From positions 64,833 to 128,832 of IMG/VR virus record IMGVR_UViG_3300027710_001079: a stretch of DNA of 64,000 nt. One strand, given 5' to 3'. The first letter of the stretch is position 1. Every line of letters begins with the position of its first letter. The DNA is from a virus. Taxonomy: Duplodnaviria > Heunggongvirae > Uroviricota > Caudoviricetes. This document shows, one piece after another, positions 1 to 9,875 of the stretch. The translations under genes and the position numbers were made by a program. Under the pieces are notes generated by a model. The model ran no database searches. It was given only the letters and a program-made list of their open reading frames with translations, and had not been told where the DNA came from.

Positions 1-345
1 AACAGTTTCAAGATTTATGTTTTTATTACGTGGTGACCGTCTGCCAAACATTGCACCTATGTCCGGGCCAAAATGGTGAAAGAATTGTTCGAATCCCGGA
101 GGAACTCCGCCAGTGTTTGCCTGTTGCCACCCACCAAGTGGATCTTGTCCAAACGGACTAGGATTGTCATATGCTGCTCGCTTTTCTGGATCTCCTAGTG
201 TGGCGTATGCTTCTTGAATTTTTTGGAAAGAGGCAGTATCACCGCCCTTGTCGGGATGGTGTTTTGAAGCCAGACTACGAAACGCTTTTTTAACTTCGTC
301 TTGTGTTGCTTCTTTTGAGATGCCTAAAGTATTGTAATAGTCCAT
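1..345 (-). CDS. dnaJ: DnaJ/CbpA-type co-chaperone, N-terminal part (runs off the window edge; absent from the ORF track)
   Basis: Manual translation from ATG 345: [36 protein letters not shown]...; J-domain HPD motif followed by a G/F-rich linker. Confidence 0.9.
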   Translation of the reverse strand, partial: MDYYNTLGISKEATQDEVKKAFRSLASKHHPDKGGDTASFQKIQEAYATLGDPEKRAAYDNPSPFGQDPLGGWQQANTGGVPPGFEQFFHHFGPDIGAMFGRRSPRNKNINLETV

Positions 346-362
346 AAGAAAAGGTATAGTTT

Positions 363-391
363 ATTATACTATACCTTTCTCTAATTGTCAA
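363..391 (-). promoter_or_regulatory. Consensus sigma70 promoter upstream of dnaJ
   Basis: Minus strand TTGACA (391-386), 17 nt spacer, TATAAT (368-363). Confidence 0.85.
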
Positions 392-397
392 CTAAGA

Positions 398-601
398 TTA
401 TTTCTTAGGTGCTTTTTCTGGAACTTTTGTTCCTTCATGCTTTTCGTGTATTTTTACAGTCCTGCACTTTTCAACTTCTTTTTGGGTCTTTGCATCTGTA
501 GTTTTAACACAAACTTTTTTAGTTTCTGGTTTAGCTTCTTGAGCCTGGACTCCTGTAGCTAATACTAATGCTAGACCTGCGACAAAAATAATATTTTTCA
601 T
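398..601 (-). CDS. Small secreted protein
   Basis: Signal peptide MKNIIFVAGLALVLATGVQA followed by a Lys-rich tail with two Cys. Confidence 0.7.
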   Translation of the reverse strand: MKNIIFVAGLALVLATGVQAQEAKPETKKVCVKTTDAKTQKEVEKCRTVKIHEKHEGTKVPEKAPKK

Positions 602-612
602 AGTTTTTCCTT

Positions 613-1143
613 TTATAGTTCTGGATCTGGGCCTTGCATAGGACCCGGTTTACCACTGCTTGACACAAATGTTGAGCTAGGAGTAAATGATGGCTGAGTT
701 ACTGGCGGCCTTGCTGCTGGTGCTCCGAAACTTGGGCCTGCTGCTGGTGCTCCGAAACTTGGCGTTGCTGCTGGTGAACCAAAGCTACTGGGTGTGCCGA
801 AGCCTCCTGCTGACGGCGAGCCAAATGCTGGGCCGCCGGTTGTTGGTGCGGAGATGCCCCCGTTGTTTGCTCCATTTAATTTCTCCTGAGTTCGACCAAA
901 TGCTGCAATACCTAACACAGCACCCATTGCGATGTGGAATAATCCAGCACCCTGTAGTGTTAACGGATTCCATTGTGTAATTTGTGTGCCTGTTGTAGTT
1001 TGTAATAAACTCCACAGTACTGGAAATATAACCATGTCCATAGTACAAACAACCATGTACATCCAACCCATCATTGGACGCCACTTGGAATTCATCCAAT
1101 CTTCTTTTTTCTTTTCGCTTTCGCTTTTAACTTCTTCTGACAT
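613..1143 (-). CDS. Putative holin (GTA 3TM-holin-like) with a low-complexity FG/P/S tail
   Basis: WRPMMGW...hydrophobic helices...GAVLG pattern; located in the lysis cassette. Confidence 0.6.
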   Translation of the reverse strand: MSEEVKSESEKKKEDWMNSKWRPMMGWMYMVVCTMDMVIFPVLWSLLQTTTGTQITQWNPLTLQGAGLFHIAMGAVLGIAAFGRTQEKLNGANNGGISAPTTGGPAFGSPSAGGFGTPSSFGSPAATPSFGAPAAGPSFGAPAARPPVTQPSFTPSSTFVSSSGKPGPMQGPDPEL

Positions 1144-1152
1144 GATCGCCCC

Positions 1153-1671
1153 TTATAGTGTAATTGGTAGCCACAGCCATAGTGCTTGGCTGACAAACAA
1201 ACTGCCCACAGAACCAACTACTAAGCTGATCCAAAACATTGGCATACTTACTGCTAATATGCTAGCAGTTAGTAATACAATAGCAATCTGTAGCACACTG
1301 CCGCCCCATGTAAACCATGGTGATTTCTCGCGAGCAACTGCACGCTCTGCTTCTAGTGCTTTAGCTTTCTCTGCTATTTCTTTCTTGTCTGCTTCCATTC
1401 GATCTTTTTCAGCTTCGAACTTGGCCTTAACTTTAGGATCAGTTGCACTGGCAGCGGCGGTTTCATATAGAACGCCTCGCACATTTTTCGCCTGATACCA
1501 ACTCCACTGATTATTGGCAGCAATAGTGTTGTTCATAATCTTGCTGCTGTTCTGTCCGCCGATCATAGTGCTGATGGCTAAGATAGCAGCAAGGATAACA
1601 ATTACGAATCCTGCTTTATCTTTAATCTTTGCTTCACGCTCTGAACGTGATAGTGGTTTTACTTCTGACAT
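1153..1671 (-). CDS. DUF4337-like membrane protein
   Basis: N-terminal TM helix, WSWYQAKN motif, coiled coil, two C-terminal TM helices. Confidence 0.65.
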   Translation of the reverse strand: MSEVKPLSRSEREAKIKDKAGFVIVILAAILAISTMIGGQNSSKIMNNTIAANNQWSWYQAKNVRGVLYETAAASATDPKVKAKFEAEKDRMEADKKEIAEKAKALEAERAVAREKSPWFTWGGSVLQIAIVLLTASILAVSMPMFWISLVVGSVGSLFVSQALWLWLPITL

Positions 1672-1698
1672 TGTCGCTCCTAATAAGTGTAGTGTTAA

Positions 1699-1968
1699 TT
1701 ATTTATTTGAATTATCAAATATTCGTTTCTGCTCAGTGTACCATTCATTCCAACCTTCTACCTTTAAACTGCATTGATAATAAAGTCCGTAATTCTCTAC
1801 TACAGTTTTTAGCAAATCTGTTATAGCAGGCTTTGATGGGTCTGCTTTTTGTAAAGCCTGACACTTTTCTAAAAGTTCTTTAGGTGCTTCAGGCCATTTT
1901 TGTTTTACGGGTACCGCAGTGGAACACGCTGACAGAAAAAATACAAGTGCTAAAATACCGTATTTCAT
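1699..1968 (-). CDS. o-spanin (Rz1-like) lipoprotein
   Basis: Lipobox FLSAC, Pro-rich segment, overlaps the end of the i-spanin candidate. Confidence 0.7.
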   Translation of the reverse strand: MKYGILALVFFLSACSTAVPVKQKWPEAPKELLEKCQALQKADPSKPAITDLLKTVVENYGLYYQCSLKVEGWNEWYTEQKRIFDNSNK

Positions 1969-2444
1969 TTCTTAGCTCCTTCTGCGGCTTTATTCATTTC
2001 AGTAGCAGCATTGTGTAACTCGATAATTTCTTTTGGAACTGGACAAGTTTCGATATATTTGACAATTTCTTCTTTCTTGATAATTTCTTTATCAATGTAT
2101 TTTGTAATATATTCAGTCTTGCCTTTGACAAACTCTTTCTGTTTTACAATCTTTTCTTGTATAATAGTATTTGTCTGTTTACTTTCTTGTTCGGCTATTA
2201 CTAACTTAGCTTCTAATTCTTTTACTCGTGCTTCCCACTTTGCTTCATTGGCAATTACTCCTTGGAAGTAAACGCCCACTAACAAAGCTAAAATACCGCC
2301 AACCTGTAAAGGCAAGCGGTATGTAGAAACAAACGGAATAAACTTGAGAACAAATGATGCCAACACTGCTAGCACGCCTGCTATTAATACTAATGCCCAA
2401 AACCAATCAGGTAACAGGCCCAGCATCCAAGTTAATTGCCACAT
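1965..2444 (-). CDS. i-spanin (Rz-like)
   Basis: N-terminal TM helices followed by a coiled coil and a late Cys; between endolysin and lipoprotein. Confidence 0.65.
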   Translation of the reverse strand: MWQLTWMLGLLPDWFWALVLIAGVLAVLASFVLKFIPFVSTYRLPLQVGGILALLVGVYFQGVIANEAKWEARVKELEAKLVIAEQESKQTNTIIQEKIVKQKEFVKGKTEYITKYIDKEIIKKEEIVKYIETCPVPKEIIELHNAATEMNKAAEGAKK

Positions 2445-2445
2445 A

Positions 2446-3072
2446 TTAAGCTCCTAGTACATGTAGGGCGTGATTGTAATGTTTAATGCGATCTTCGAGA
2501 CCAATAAAACCGCCGTTGATTTTTTTGGTCATTGTTTTGATATCGCCAGCATCCGCTTCTTTATTCAATCCAGTGCTTTCCCAGAACCAACATGCCGATT
2601 GTACAGCACCTTCAAATGTTGCTAGGTATTCAGGGACTTCTTCAACTGACATTTCTAAACTGGCTGCAAACCAAGAATAGTTTTCTTTACCAGTTAACTG
2701 AATCAACCCACGACCGCAGTAACGGAATCCGTCACCGCTTGCTTCGTCGCCGTTACCCATACGATTAGCATACACTCTATTAGCAATTGCTTCTTGCTTG
2801 TTTGCATACCGTGCAGCTAATTCATCTGAAGGAAAATATTTAGGAAATACTTTTCTTAGAGTCACTGCACGATAGTTTAAGTTTTCTTTTAATGCTCTGA
2901 AGCCGCCGCTTTCATGAGCACATTGAGCAACAAACGCTGCTACACGCTCCGGTGTGTTGATCTGATACTCTGGCAAAATTGCACACAATGCATCATACCA
3001 TTGATCCACATACGGATTACCGTGAATCATTTCTGCTAGATGTTCTTTTTTAAAATCAAATGTAAAGCTCAT
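2446..3072 (-). CDS. GH19-family endolysin
   Basis: FVAQCAHESGGF, YCGRGLIQLTGKENY and KINGG motifs. Confidence 0.9.
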   Translation of the reverse strand: MSFTFDFKKEHLAEMIHGNPYVDQWYDALCAILPEYQINTPERVAAFVAQCAHESGGFRALKENLNYRAVTLRKVFPKYFPSDELAARYANKQEAIANRVYANRMGNGDEASGDGFRYCGRGLIQLTGKENYSWFAASLEMSVEEVPEYLATFEGAVQSACWFWESTGLNKEADAGDIKTMTKKINGGFIGLEDRIKHYNHALHVLGA

Positions 3073-3121
3073 TATTACCTCTTATGTTTTCCGCCGCATT
3101 TTGGGCATTCTTCTTGATCCA

Positions 3122-3868
3122 TTACCATCGTTCCTTTTTAAAAACTAATGCAGTGTCTCCATTACGAACTAAAAATTTATCATTAATTTTATGTATTTCG
3201 TAAGGACCTAAATATTTTTCTAAGAAATTAACCTGGCTTTGACTAGCTTCGTCTAACTGAATAGCACCTTGTAAGCTATCTTGTATTTCTTGATACGGAC
3301 CCATTGCTAATAGTTCTAAATTAACAGATCCTGAAAACGGCTTAGAAATAGTAACGCTGTGATTCTCGTCAATTTTTACAGAATCAAACGGAGTTTTATC
3401 AAAGAATTCTTTAATAGCGTCTCCTTTAATTTCTAGCATTTTATTTCTGTAATCTTCTTCAGACAACGGAATGTCTTCTTGGATTGCCTGTTCGCTAAAT
3501 GCTCTGCTTTTTCCGCCTTTATGATATCGGTATCTCCAATCAACACTGTCGACTAGTTGTCCAACACCACTTAACAAATCTCTAATTTGTCCAGGCAAAT
3601 GTTTAGTTCTTTGTATTTCTACAAACACTTGATATTTGCCATCCTTTTCTTCTCCGCTGCTCATGTCAGCATCCAGTACAAAAGGATAACCCTTTTCAAT
3701 AAATTCCATTAAATCGATAGCAGGATGCTTATCGTTAACTTTGAATCCTAAAACTAACACATCGGAGTCTTGTCCCATTTTGCTAGTATATTGATCAATA
3801 GTAAAAGTTGTATCTACAAATCCTTGCAGATCACCTCTTCTAAGACCTTCAAACAACCGGTGCTTCAT
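3122..3868 (-). CDS. Hypothetical protein
   Basis: Long ORF; likely start MKHRLFEG at 3868 rather than the track start 3919. Confidence 0.7.
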   Translation of the reverse strand: MKHRLFEGLRRGDLQGFVDTTFTIDQYTSKMGQDSDVLVLGFKVNDKHPAIDLMEFIEKGYPFVLDADMSSGEEKDGKYQVFVEIQRTKHLPGQIRDLLSGVGQLVDSVDWRYRYHKGGKSRAFSEQAIQEDIPLSEEDYRNKMLEIKGDAIKEFFDKTPFDSVKIDENHSVTISKPFSGSVNLELLAMGPYQEIQDSLQGAIQLDEASQSQVNFLEKYLGPYEIHKINDKFLVRNGDTALVFKKERW

Positions 3869-4409
3869 TAGGTGCTCCTCCTGCAACTTCGCCGCCTGCC
3901 GCGGCTTCTTCCCCACCACCAGCTACAGCCGCTTGATTCGCTTGCTGCAACTGTTCGTATTTTAGAGAATCTGCTAACGCACTATTCTCTTTATCTTCAT
4001 GTCCTTGGAAGATATCCTGCATTAATTTTTTAGGAATAGTAATAGTCACAATCCAAACAGGATGTGCATCTAGTTTTCCTTTTTTAGTATTAGGTCTAAA
4101 ATCATCTGGACTGTATACTTTTCTAGGAACAAGCAGATTGTCTTTCTGATAGGTGATTTTACAACCGTAGTCTAACAATCTTTCTCCGCCACTAGGATCG
4201 GGCATCTCTTCACGAGGCCACATAAACTTGCAGGTAACCGAATACCTGTTTACAGTAGGACCTTCGATTAGTTCACCGTCTTCCCAGTTTTTAAACACAT
4301 AGATATCTAACTCGTCGATTACACGTTCAAAGTCTTTTAGGATTTGAAACGCAGTGTCGTTAGAGCTTAGAGTCTGTACGTTTTTAATAATATCTACAAT
4401 ATCGTGCAT
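3849..4409 (-). CDS. Hypothetical protein
   Basis: 186-aa ORF with a TATAAATA box 18 nt upstream. Confidence 0.75.
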   Translation of the reverse strand: MHDIVDIIKNVQTLSSNDTAFQILKDFERVIDELDIYVFKNWEDGELIEGPTVNRYSVTCKFMWPREEMPDPSGGERLLDYGCKITYQKDNLLVPRKVYSPDDFRPNTKKGKLDAHPVWIVTITIPKKLMQDIFQGHEDKENSALADSLKYEQLQQANQAAVAGGGEEAAAGGEVAGGAPNEAPVV

Positions 4410-4426
4410 AGGGGTTCTCTTTGTAA

Positions 4427-4434
4427 TATTTATA
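4427..4434 (-). promoter_or_regulatory. T4-type late promoter consensus TATAAATA
   Basis: Exact match on the minus strand upstream of the 4409 start. Confidence 0.6.
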
Positions 4435-4517
4435 CGATTCGAAAGAACCCTATTTGATTAGCTTTTTTATACTCTTGAGTAAATATCTGTGCAGGTCGCT
4501 CACAAAGGAGGCATAAT

Positions 4518-5258
4518 TTGTCTAGAGCAAAACGTAAGGAAAGAGTAATGGCTCGTCCTGAACAAGGTCAAAATCTGATTCAAATGAATCAATATCTGCG
4601 TAAGAAAACACAGGTCAATATAGTTCCGCGAAATTTATCGCAGGAAACATACTTAGAACTGCTGAAAAATCCTCGAAAATACATCATTTTTGCTATCGGT
4701 CCAGCCGGCACGGGTAAAACTATGCTAGCCGTTCAAATGGCTATTAAGTTGTTTAAAGAAGGTGCAATCAGTAAAATCATTGTAACCAGACCTGCGGTTA
4801 GCGTGGATGAGGAACACGGTTTCTTACCGGGTGATTTGAATGCTAAGATGGCACCTTGGACAAGGCCCATTTTCGATGTATTTGAGGAGTATTACCATCC
4901 AAAAGAAATAGCAGAAATGCTAGAGGATGGAGCGATTGAAATATCGCCGTTAGCTTATATGCGAGGCAGAACCTTTAAGAACGCCTTTGTCATTGCTGAC
5001 GAAATGCAAAACGCCACACCGTCACAGATGAAAATGTTATTAACTAGATTAGGCGACAACAGTCGCATGGTAGTCACAGGAGATTTGAATCAAGCGGACC
5101 GTCCTAGAGAGAACGGCTTGCTAGAATTTTGCAGTTTATACGCCCAAGGAGGTGAGTATCGTATGATTGCGATGGCAAGGTTTGAGACAAAAGACGTTGA
5201 GCGTCACCCTGTAGTTCGAGAAGTATTAAAGATCTATAAGGAATCAGATAACGAATAA
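4518..5258 (+). CDS. phoH: PhoH-family ATPase
   Basis: GPAGTGKT Walker A, RPAV, GFLPG, YMRGRTF and DEMQN motifs; TTG start after an AAGGAG SD; TAAATA at 4480-4485. Confidence 0.95.
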   Translation: MSRAKRKERVMARPEQGQNLIQMNQYLRKKTQVNIVPRNLSQETYLELLKNPRKYIIFAIGPAGTGKTMLAVQMAIKLFKEGAISKIIVTRPAVSVDEEHGFLPGDLNAKMAPWTRPIFDVFEEYYHPKEIAEMLEDGAIEISPLAYMRGRTFKNAFVIADEMQNATPSQMKMLLTRLGDNSRMVVTGDLNQADRPRENGLLEFCSLYAQGGEYRMIAMARFETKDVERHPVVREVLKIYKESDNE

Positions 5259-5288
5259 ACACCACATTCGCTAAACATAAATCGTACG

Positions 5289-5331
5289 ATCAGGTAGTGT
5301 AACCGTTTATCCGGCCTGCACACTACCTGAT
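5289..5331. terminator. Hairpin between the convergent phoH and clamp-loader genes
   Basis: ATCAGGTAGTGT / ACACTACCTGAT 12-bp stem, 19-nt loop, T-rich flank. Confidence 0.55.
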
Positions 5332-5335
5332 TTCT

Positions 5336-6259
5336 TTATTGTATTCTAGCTAATTTAATTATAGTTGCTGCCAGATTAATCTCTGGATCTGCAATAATAG
5401 TGTGGTCGACTAGTCCTTGTTTAATAATAAGGATGGCAGCATCTTTAGTATCTTCGTCAGTGCTAAACAAATCTAAGTTATCGTAAAGCCATCTAAAGAT
5501 CTCATCAATCTCTTCAGGCCTTGCTTTACTACATACTAGTGTCCTTGCTTCTTTGAACTTTTTCTTTTTAAAGAGATCAACCATATCAATCTTCCAATCC
5601 GATGTAGTGGAAGTTTCTGATGTTGGCTTAACCAATTGTCCGCCTTGCACATGCTGTTGTACAGTATTAATACATTTACGCAAGTCTGGATAAGTGGCTT
5701 TGACAAAAGTATCAAGATCGTCTAACTCAAATTCGATATTCTCTTCTACCAGGATGACCGCAACTCGTCCGGTGAACTCAGTTTGATCAACTCTGTCGAT
5801 GTGGAATCCTTGACATCTACTGTGGATAGCAGGGATAATACGAGCAGGATAATTGCAAGTAAGTATGAAACGAGCGGTCGAAGCAAACTGCTCCATGACT
5901 CCACGGAGGGCAGCTTGTGCATTAGGTGTAAGATAATCTGCTTCATCAAGTAATACAACTTTAAAAGGTCCAAAAGGAATCATCGAAACAAAGTTTGTAA
6001 TTTTGTCTCGAACATCTTCAACTGAGTTAGTACGACTAGCGTTGATCTCTAACACATCAAATTCTTCAATGCCTAACTCATTGATTAATAGTTTAGCCAT
6101 TGTGGTCTTGCCAATGCCAGCAGTACCACTGAGTAATAGATGAGGGATACTTTTGTCTTTAATCCAAGTATTGACCTGCCGGCGTTGTTGTGCATCTTTG
6201 AATACATAACCGTCAACAGTTTTCGGCCTATATTTTTCTACCCAGAGTTCTTTGCTCAT
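5336..6259 (-). CDS. Sliding-clamp loader AAA+ subunit (RFC / T4 gp44-like)
   Basis: LWVEKYRP, GTAGIGKTT, EINAS, LDEAD and SRC motifs. Confidence 0.95.
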   Translation of the reverse strand: MSKELWVEKYRPKTVDGYVFKDAQQRRQVNTWIKDKSIPHLLLSGTAGIGKTTMAKLLINELGIEEFDVLEINASRTNSVEDVRDKITNFVSMIPFGPFKVVLLDEADYLTPNAQAALRGVMEQFASTARFILTCNYPARIIPAIHSRCQGFHIDRVDQTEFTGRVAVILVEENIEFELDDLDTFVKATYPDLRKCINTVQQHVQGGQLVKPTSETSTTSDWKIDMVDLFKKKKFKEARTLVCSKARPEEIDEIFRWLYDNLDLFSTDEDTKDAAILIIKQGLVDHTIIADPEINLAATIIKLARIQ

Positions 6260-6666
6260 GATTTCAATGTTTCCATAGTGATAATTTTGTCAATTTCTTT
6301 GCCGAAGTCTGCATCGTTATTAATAACATAGAGACCGTTTGAACTGCGATCTGTCTTTTTATCATAGCGGCGTGTCTCTATAACTCTACCACCGTTGGCA
6401 TTATAAACAGTAAACTGAATTGCACGTTCTGGCTGATCAATACTTGGAGGACCTACACTTATTAAGGAACCGGATAGTCGATTTATTTTATTTGCCGATT
6501 CACGTTCTTGATTCTGACGTTTCTCATCTTCCCATACTTCGCGACTTATTTTTGCAAACCAGCGTTTAATAAACCCTGGTCGCTTAACTTTCTTTTTTTG
6601 TATTGCAGATTCAATTCTGTAGTCTACAGTTGACTCTTCTGCCGCGTATACTTGACCGTAACTCAT
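6256..6666 (-). CDS. Hypothetical protein
   Basis: 136-aa ORF with 4-nt overlaps to both neighbours. Confidence 0.75.
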   Translation of the reverse strand: MSYGQVYAAEESTVDYRIESAIQKKKVKRPGFIKRWFAKISREVWEDEKRQNQERESANKINRLSGSLISVGPPSIDQPERAIQFTVYNANGGRVIETRRYDKKTDRSSNGLYVINNDADFGKEIDKIITMETLKS

Positions 6667-7103
6667 TTGTATTCCTTATCTAAATTTACACTGGTTAGTC
6701 CAGCAATGATTTGGAAGTTATCCCACGCTTTCTTAGCGACTGGATTTGACTCCAGTTCACTACTTGGCAGAACTGCTTCTAGCCAAATTTCAGGACGGCG
6801 TGTAGGATGAGCTCCAAACTTACGGGGCTGATGGAACTTGCCGGATTCCCACAGCTCAATGGACACACTGCGAAACTGATCTTCATCAGTGTAGCCTGCC
6901 CATTCTGGGGCACTGCGACTGAATCCGCTAAATGAACTCATGTTCGGACCGCCACCGCCGTAACCATTCCAAATGCCTTGCCACTGGGCGTCATCATGCG
7001 GATCAAAATCAGTACGAGCAATAATGATTAAGACATCGTCAATGTCCACAACACCATCTACAATATCGCGAACGCATCGGCTATAACTCAGACCAATTTT
7101 CAT
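6663..7103 (-). CDS. Hypothetical protein
   Basis: 146-aa ORF in operon. Confidence 0.75.
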   Translation of the reverse strand: MKIGLSYSRCVRDIVDGVVDIDDVLIIIARTDFDPHDDAQWQGIWNGYGGGGPNMSSFSGFSRSAPEWAGYTDEDQFRSVSIELWESGKFHQPRKFGAHPTRRPEIWLEAVLPSSELESNPVAKKAWDNFQIIAGLTSVNLDKEYK

Positions 7104-7252
7104 TTCTTTTCTCTCAGTAGTTCTTGTTTCATTCTATCACGCCAGCGAATTGCGTCTTCTTCGTAATCGAAGTGCGGACTTAATTCGTGATCCTCGTCCA
7201 GGTCGTCGACCCACACATAAACTTCTTTATAGTCGTCACAGAGTAATTTCAT
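7100..7252 (-). CDS. Small hypothetical protein (50 aa, not in track)
   Basis: MKLLCDDYKEVYVWVDD...; fills the gap with ATGA overlaps at both ends. Confidence 0.65.
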   Translation of the reverse strand: MKLLCDDYKEVYVWVDDLDEDHELSPHFDYEEDAIRWRDRMKQELLREKK

Positions 7253-7710
7253 TCTTCAAACCTTGCTTTACGTTTGGCTTCGTGTTCTTCAAAATGTTTA
7301 TCACATACATTTTTAATCCAACCGGATGTTTGTTTAGTAGCAGGTGAACCGCAATCTTCACAAGCTCTTTCTGCCCAGCTCTCTGCCATCCTTACCATTC
7401 CGCTGATTTCATCGTCTCCACCATCGTAGTAGAAACGTAGTCCGCCAAATTTTTCTTTAATTTGACGAACTACAACTTGTGCTACTTCGTCTGGAATAGT
7501 GTGATTATACGGATTGTCTTCTAGCAATTGAGCACGAGTCTTATTCTTCCAATCGATATGACCCTGAATATTAACACACAATGCTTCAAGAATGGGCCAC
7601 CAGCCTTCACCACAGCAAAAACCTCCGTAGCCCTCTTCGAACATTTTTGGAAAGCGAGTTTCCATTTGTTCAGCAAACACCTCATACGGTTCTAGTTCAT
7701 CATCACCCAT
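7249..7710 (-). CDS. Hypothetical protein with a C-terminal CxxC...C-H zinc-ribbon-like motif
   Basis: KEKFGGLRFY and CEDCG...CDKH; likely start MGDDE at 7710. Confidence 0.7.
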   Translation of the reverse strand: MGDDELEPYEVFAEQMETRFPKMFEEGYGGFCCGEGWWPILEALCVNIQGHIDWKNKTRAQLLEDNPYNHTIPDEVAQVVVRQIKEKFGGLRFYYDGGDDEISGMVRMAESWAERACEDCGSPATKQTSGWIKNVCDKHFEEHEAKRKARFEE

Positions 7711-7711
7711 T

Positions 7712-8560
7712 TTACACCTCAAAAATAAAGTTATCGTCAAATTCTACTTCACCTGGATAACCTCTAGGGTTGCAGACAACTCTAGTATCCCCTACCATAT
7801 AGTCAAACTGTTGATGCATGTGACCATGAGTCCAAGCCTTAATCCTAGGATGATCTAGAATAAACTCACTCAGATTGCTGGCATATCCACCGTTCATCAA
7901 TGTGTCATCTTTGTACCGATCTCCTATGCTGAGAAACGTAGGAGCATGGTGAGTACATACAACTACTTTAGCATCTTGAGGCAGGCCTTGTACAACAGTT
8001 TGAATGTACTGCTTGGTCTTAATATGCTCAACCACAGCTCGCTTGGGTAAGAACTTTCTAAAGTTCTCATTAGCAATACGAATGACTTTAAAGTCGTTCA
8101 TCATATGCTCAATATGATACAGAGTAAGAGCATCGTGATTGTTCATGTCAGTCCAAAGTGTACCGCCTATGAAATAAACACCGTCAATTTCTTTAGTGTT
8201 ATTATCCAACAGATGCACATTGGTCAGACCCATTTTCGTAAATTCATCTCTCAAATATTTTGCACTTCGATCGAATTTACCGTGATAGTGTTCGTGATTA
8301 CCCATCACATAGATAACATGCGGGAATTGAAAACTAACACGCTTAAAGAAATCTCGGAATCTTTGTGCTTTGCCTGCTTGACGCTTAAGATCTTCTAATG
8401 CACCGGGACTCCAGGGATCAAACTGAGCCGCAGGATGGTCATGAAGATCTTGTGCTGTACAAATGTCGCCAGACAGCACCAAAACGTCCGCACCATTTTG
8501 GTTCTGGAGGTTCAGATCATGAAACTCTAAGTGGAGATCTGATGCTAATTGGATTTTCAT
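7712..8560 (-). CDS. Calcineurin-like metallophosphoesterase
   Basis: SDLHLE, GDI, GNHE and HGHMH motifs. Confidence 0.9.
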   Translation of the reverse strand: MKIQLASDLHLEFHDLNLQNQNGADVLVLSGDICTAQDLHDHPAAQFDPWSPGALEDLKRQAGKAQRFRDFFKRVSFQFPHVIYVMGNHEHYHGKFDRSAKYLRDEFTKMGLTNVHLLDNNTKEIDGVYFIGGTLWTDMNNHDALTLYHIEHMMNDFKVIRIANENFRKFLPKRAVVEHIKTKQYIQTVVQGLPQDAKVVVCTHHAPTFLSIGDRYKDDTLMNGGYASNLSEFILDHPRIKAWTHGHMHQQFDYMVGDTRVVCNPRGYPGEVEFDDNFIFEV

Positions 8561-9015
8561 TTTTTGCTTTCTGCTTCTGCCACACGCTTGCGTAGACTGC
8601 TGGAACTAAAACTGTGGTCTCTACCGTTAAAAACTAAGTTAATGCCTCTTTGTAAGCAAATAGCTTTACCAGTAAATTCTTTCTCTTTGTACTCTATACC
8701 TAATATTCTAACATCAATTGGTAAAATGAGCAAGAGATCTTCTAGGTCTTTTTCAGTATTATACACCACAATTTCGTCAACATAGCGAGTTGCAGCCAAC
8801 TGAATTTGCCGTTCTACAATGCTTTGTATTGGCTCATTCTTTTCTGGACGATCCCACTTGGCATTGTTTTGTAACCCTGCAATAAGGTAATCGCAGTGAT
8901 TGCGAGCTTCACTTAGCATAGCAATATGGCCTGCATGTAGCATATCAAATTGGCTAAAGGTAATGCCAATCTTCATTCCTTGCTTTTTAAGCTCTTGTAT
9001 TTTGTTGAAGATCAT
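8557..9015 (-). CDS. Cytidylyltransferase (TagD-like)
   Basis: FDMLHAGH (HxGH), ERQIQL, YVDEIVVY and SSSSLR motifs. Confidence 0.85.
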   Translation of the reverse strand: MIFNKIQELKKQGMKIGITFSQFDMLHAGHIAMLSEARNHCDYLIAGLQNNAKWDRPEKNEPIQSIVERQIQLAATRYVDEIVVYNTEKDLEDLLLILPIDVRILGIEYKEKEFTGKAICLQRGINLVFNGRDHSFSSSSLRKRVAEAESKK

Positions 9016-9185
9016 ACTAGTTCCTCAACAATGCCTAACACTTCTGCCATTATAAAACAAACACCTGCCATTAGCAAATTACCTGTAATCAAACAGCCAC
9101 CTGCTACAATGCGGGTAAAACTTTTTACAAGGCTAACATAAAAATGTCCCTTGCTAGTATCTTTAGGTTGAACTTCAATTTCCAC
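9012..9185 (-). CDS. Small membrane protein (GTG start, not in track)
   Basis: MEIEVQPKDTSKGHFYVSLVKSFTRIVAGGCL...; overlaps the next gene. Confidence 0.55.
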   Translation of the reverse strand: MEIEVQPKDTSKGHFYVSLVKSFTRIVAGGCLITGNLLMAGVCFIMAEVLGIVEELV

Positions 9186-9316
9186 GTTTAAATAATCCTT
9201 TGATTGATTGTATTAGATTGTAAAATCTAAAATGATAGTTTGTTAACATAGCGGGACGATGCGGGCACCGTCCTTGATTATAGTCGCAAGTTAATTCAAT
9301 TTCTTTTCGACAGATA

Positions 9317-9568
9317 TTACACTGCATTTCCACCTCCAAATTTTAAAGCGAACATAGTAGAATGTTTCTCTCCGTTATTCATAAAATTAAAAACAATTTT
9401 CTCTTCGGCTTGCAAAACAGCCCATTCAAAGTCTAGTCCCATTATAAGTCCTTGATCCTTGCACCATTCTGCAAGTTGTATTGCATGATTACTAGCGTGA
9501 TAAAGTTTCATAAAATCAAGTTTTCTATATTGTACTATAGTATCAAATGGTATTTGAATATTAATCAT
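9317..9568 (-). CDS. Hypothetical protein
   Basis: 83-aa ORF. Confidence 0.6.
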   Translation of the reverse strand: MINIQIPFDTIVQYRKLDFMKLYHASNHAIQLAEWCKDQGLIMGLDFEWAVLQAEEKIVFNFMNNGEKHSTMFALKFGGGNAV

Positions 9569-9875
9569 CTGGTAACATTAGATCTACAATATCTTCGAAG
9601 CCATTCAGAGATGTCACGTGGTAGTCTTTATCGCCGATCATATAACAACTTGTCCAACTAATCTGATTATTTGAGACCTCGTAAGGTTCCATCATTGCTA
9701 ATAATAACAGTGTTTGTTCTCGTTCTTTGCCTTCCAACGTTCTTTTAGGAGGACCCGTAACTTTACGCAAGAATTCTTTCAACTTCACTGGGTCGTTTAT
9801 AAGTCCAGCCATAAATTCTTCATAGTCAATTGGTTGTTTTGAGGATTTCAATGATCCGTTTTTGCTCTTGCTCAT
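9561..9875 (-). CDS. Hypothetical protein (start uncertain)
   Basis: 104-aa ORF overlapping the upstream ORF by 50 nt. Confidence 0.55.
   Translation of the reverse strand: MSKSKNGSLKSSKQPIDYEEFMAGLINDPVKLKEFLRKVTGPPKRTLEGKEREQTLLLLAMMEPYEVSNNQISWTSCYMIGDKDYHVTSLNGFEDIVDLMLPDD

Noticed and set aside
687-1826. Long + strand ORFs opposite the lysis genes
   Set aside because: They overlap well-supported minus-strand genes and have no SD or recognisable motifs
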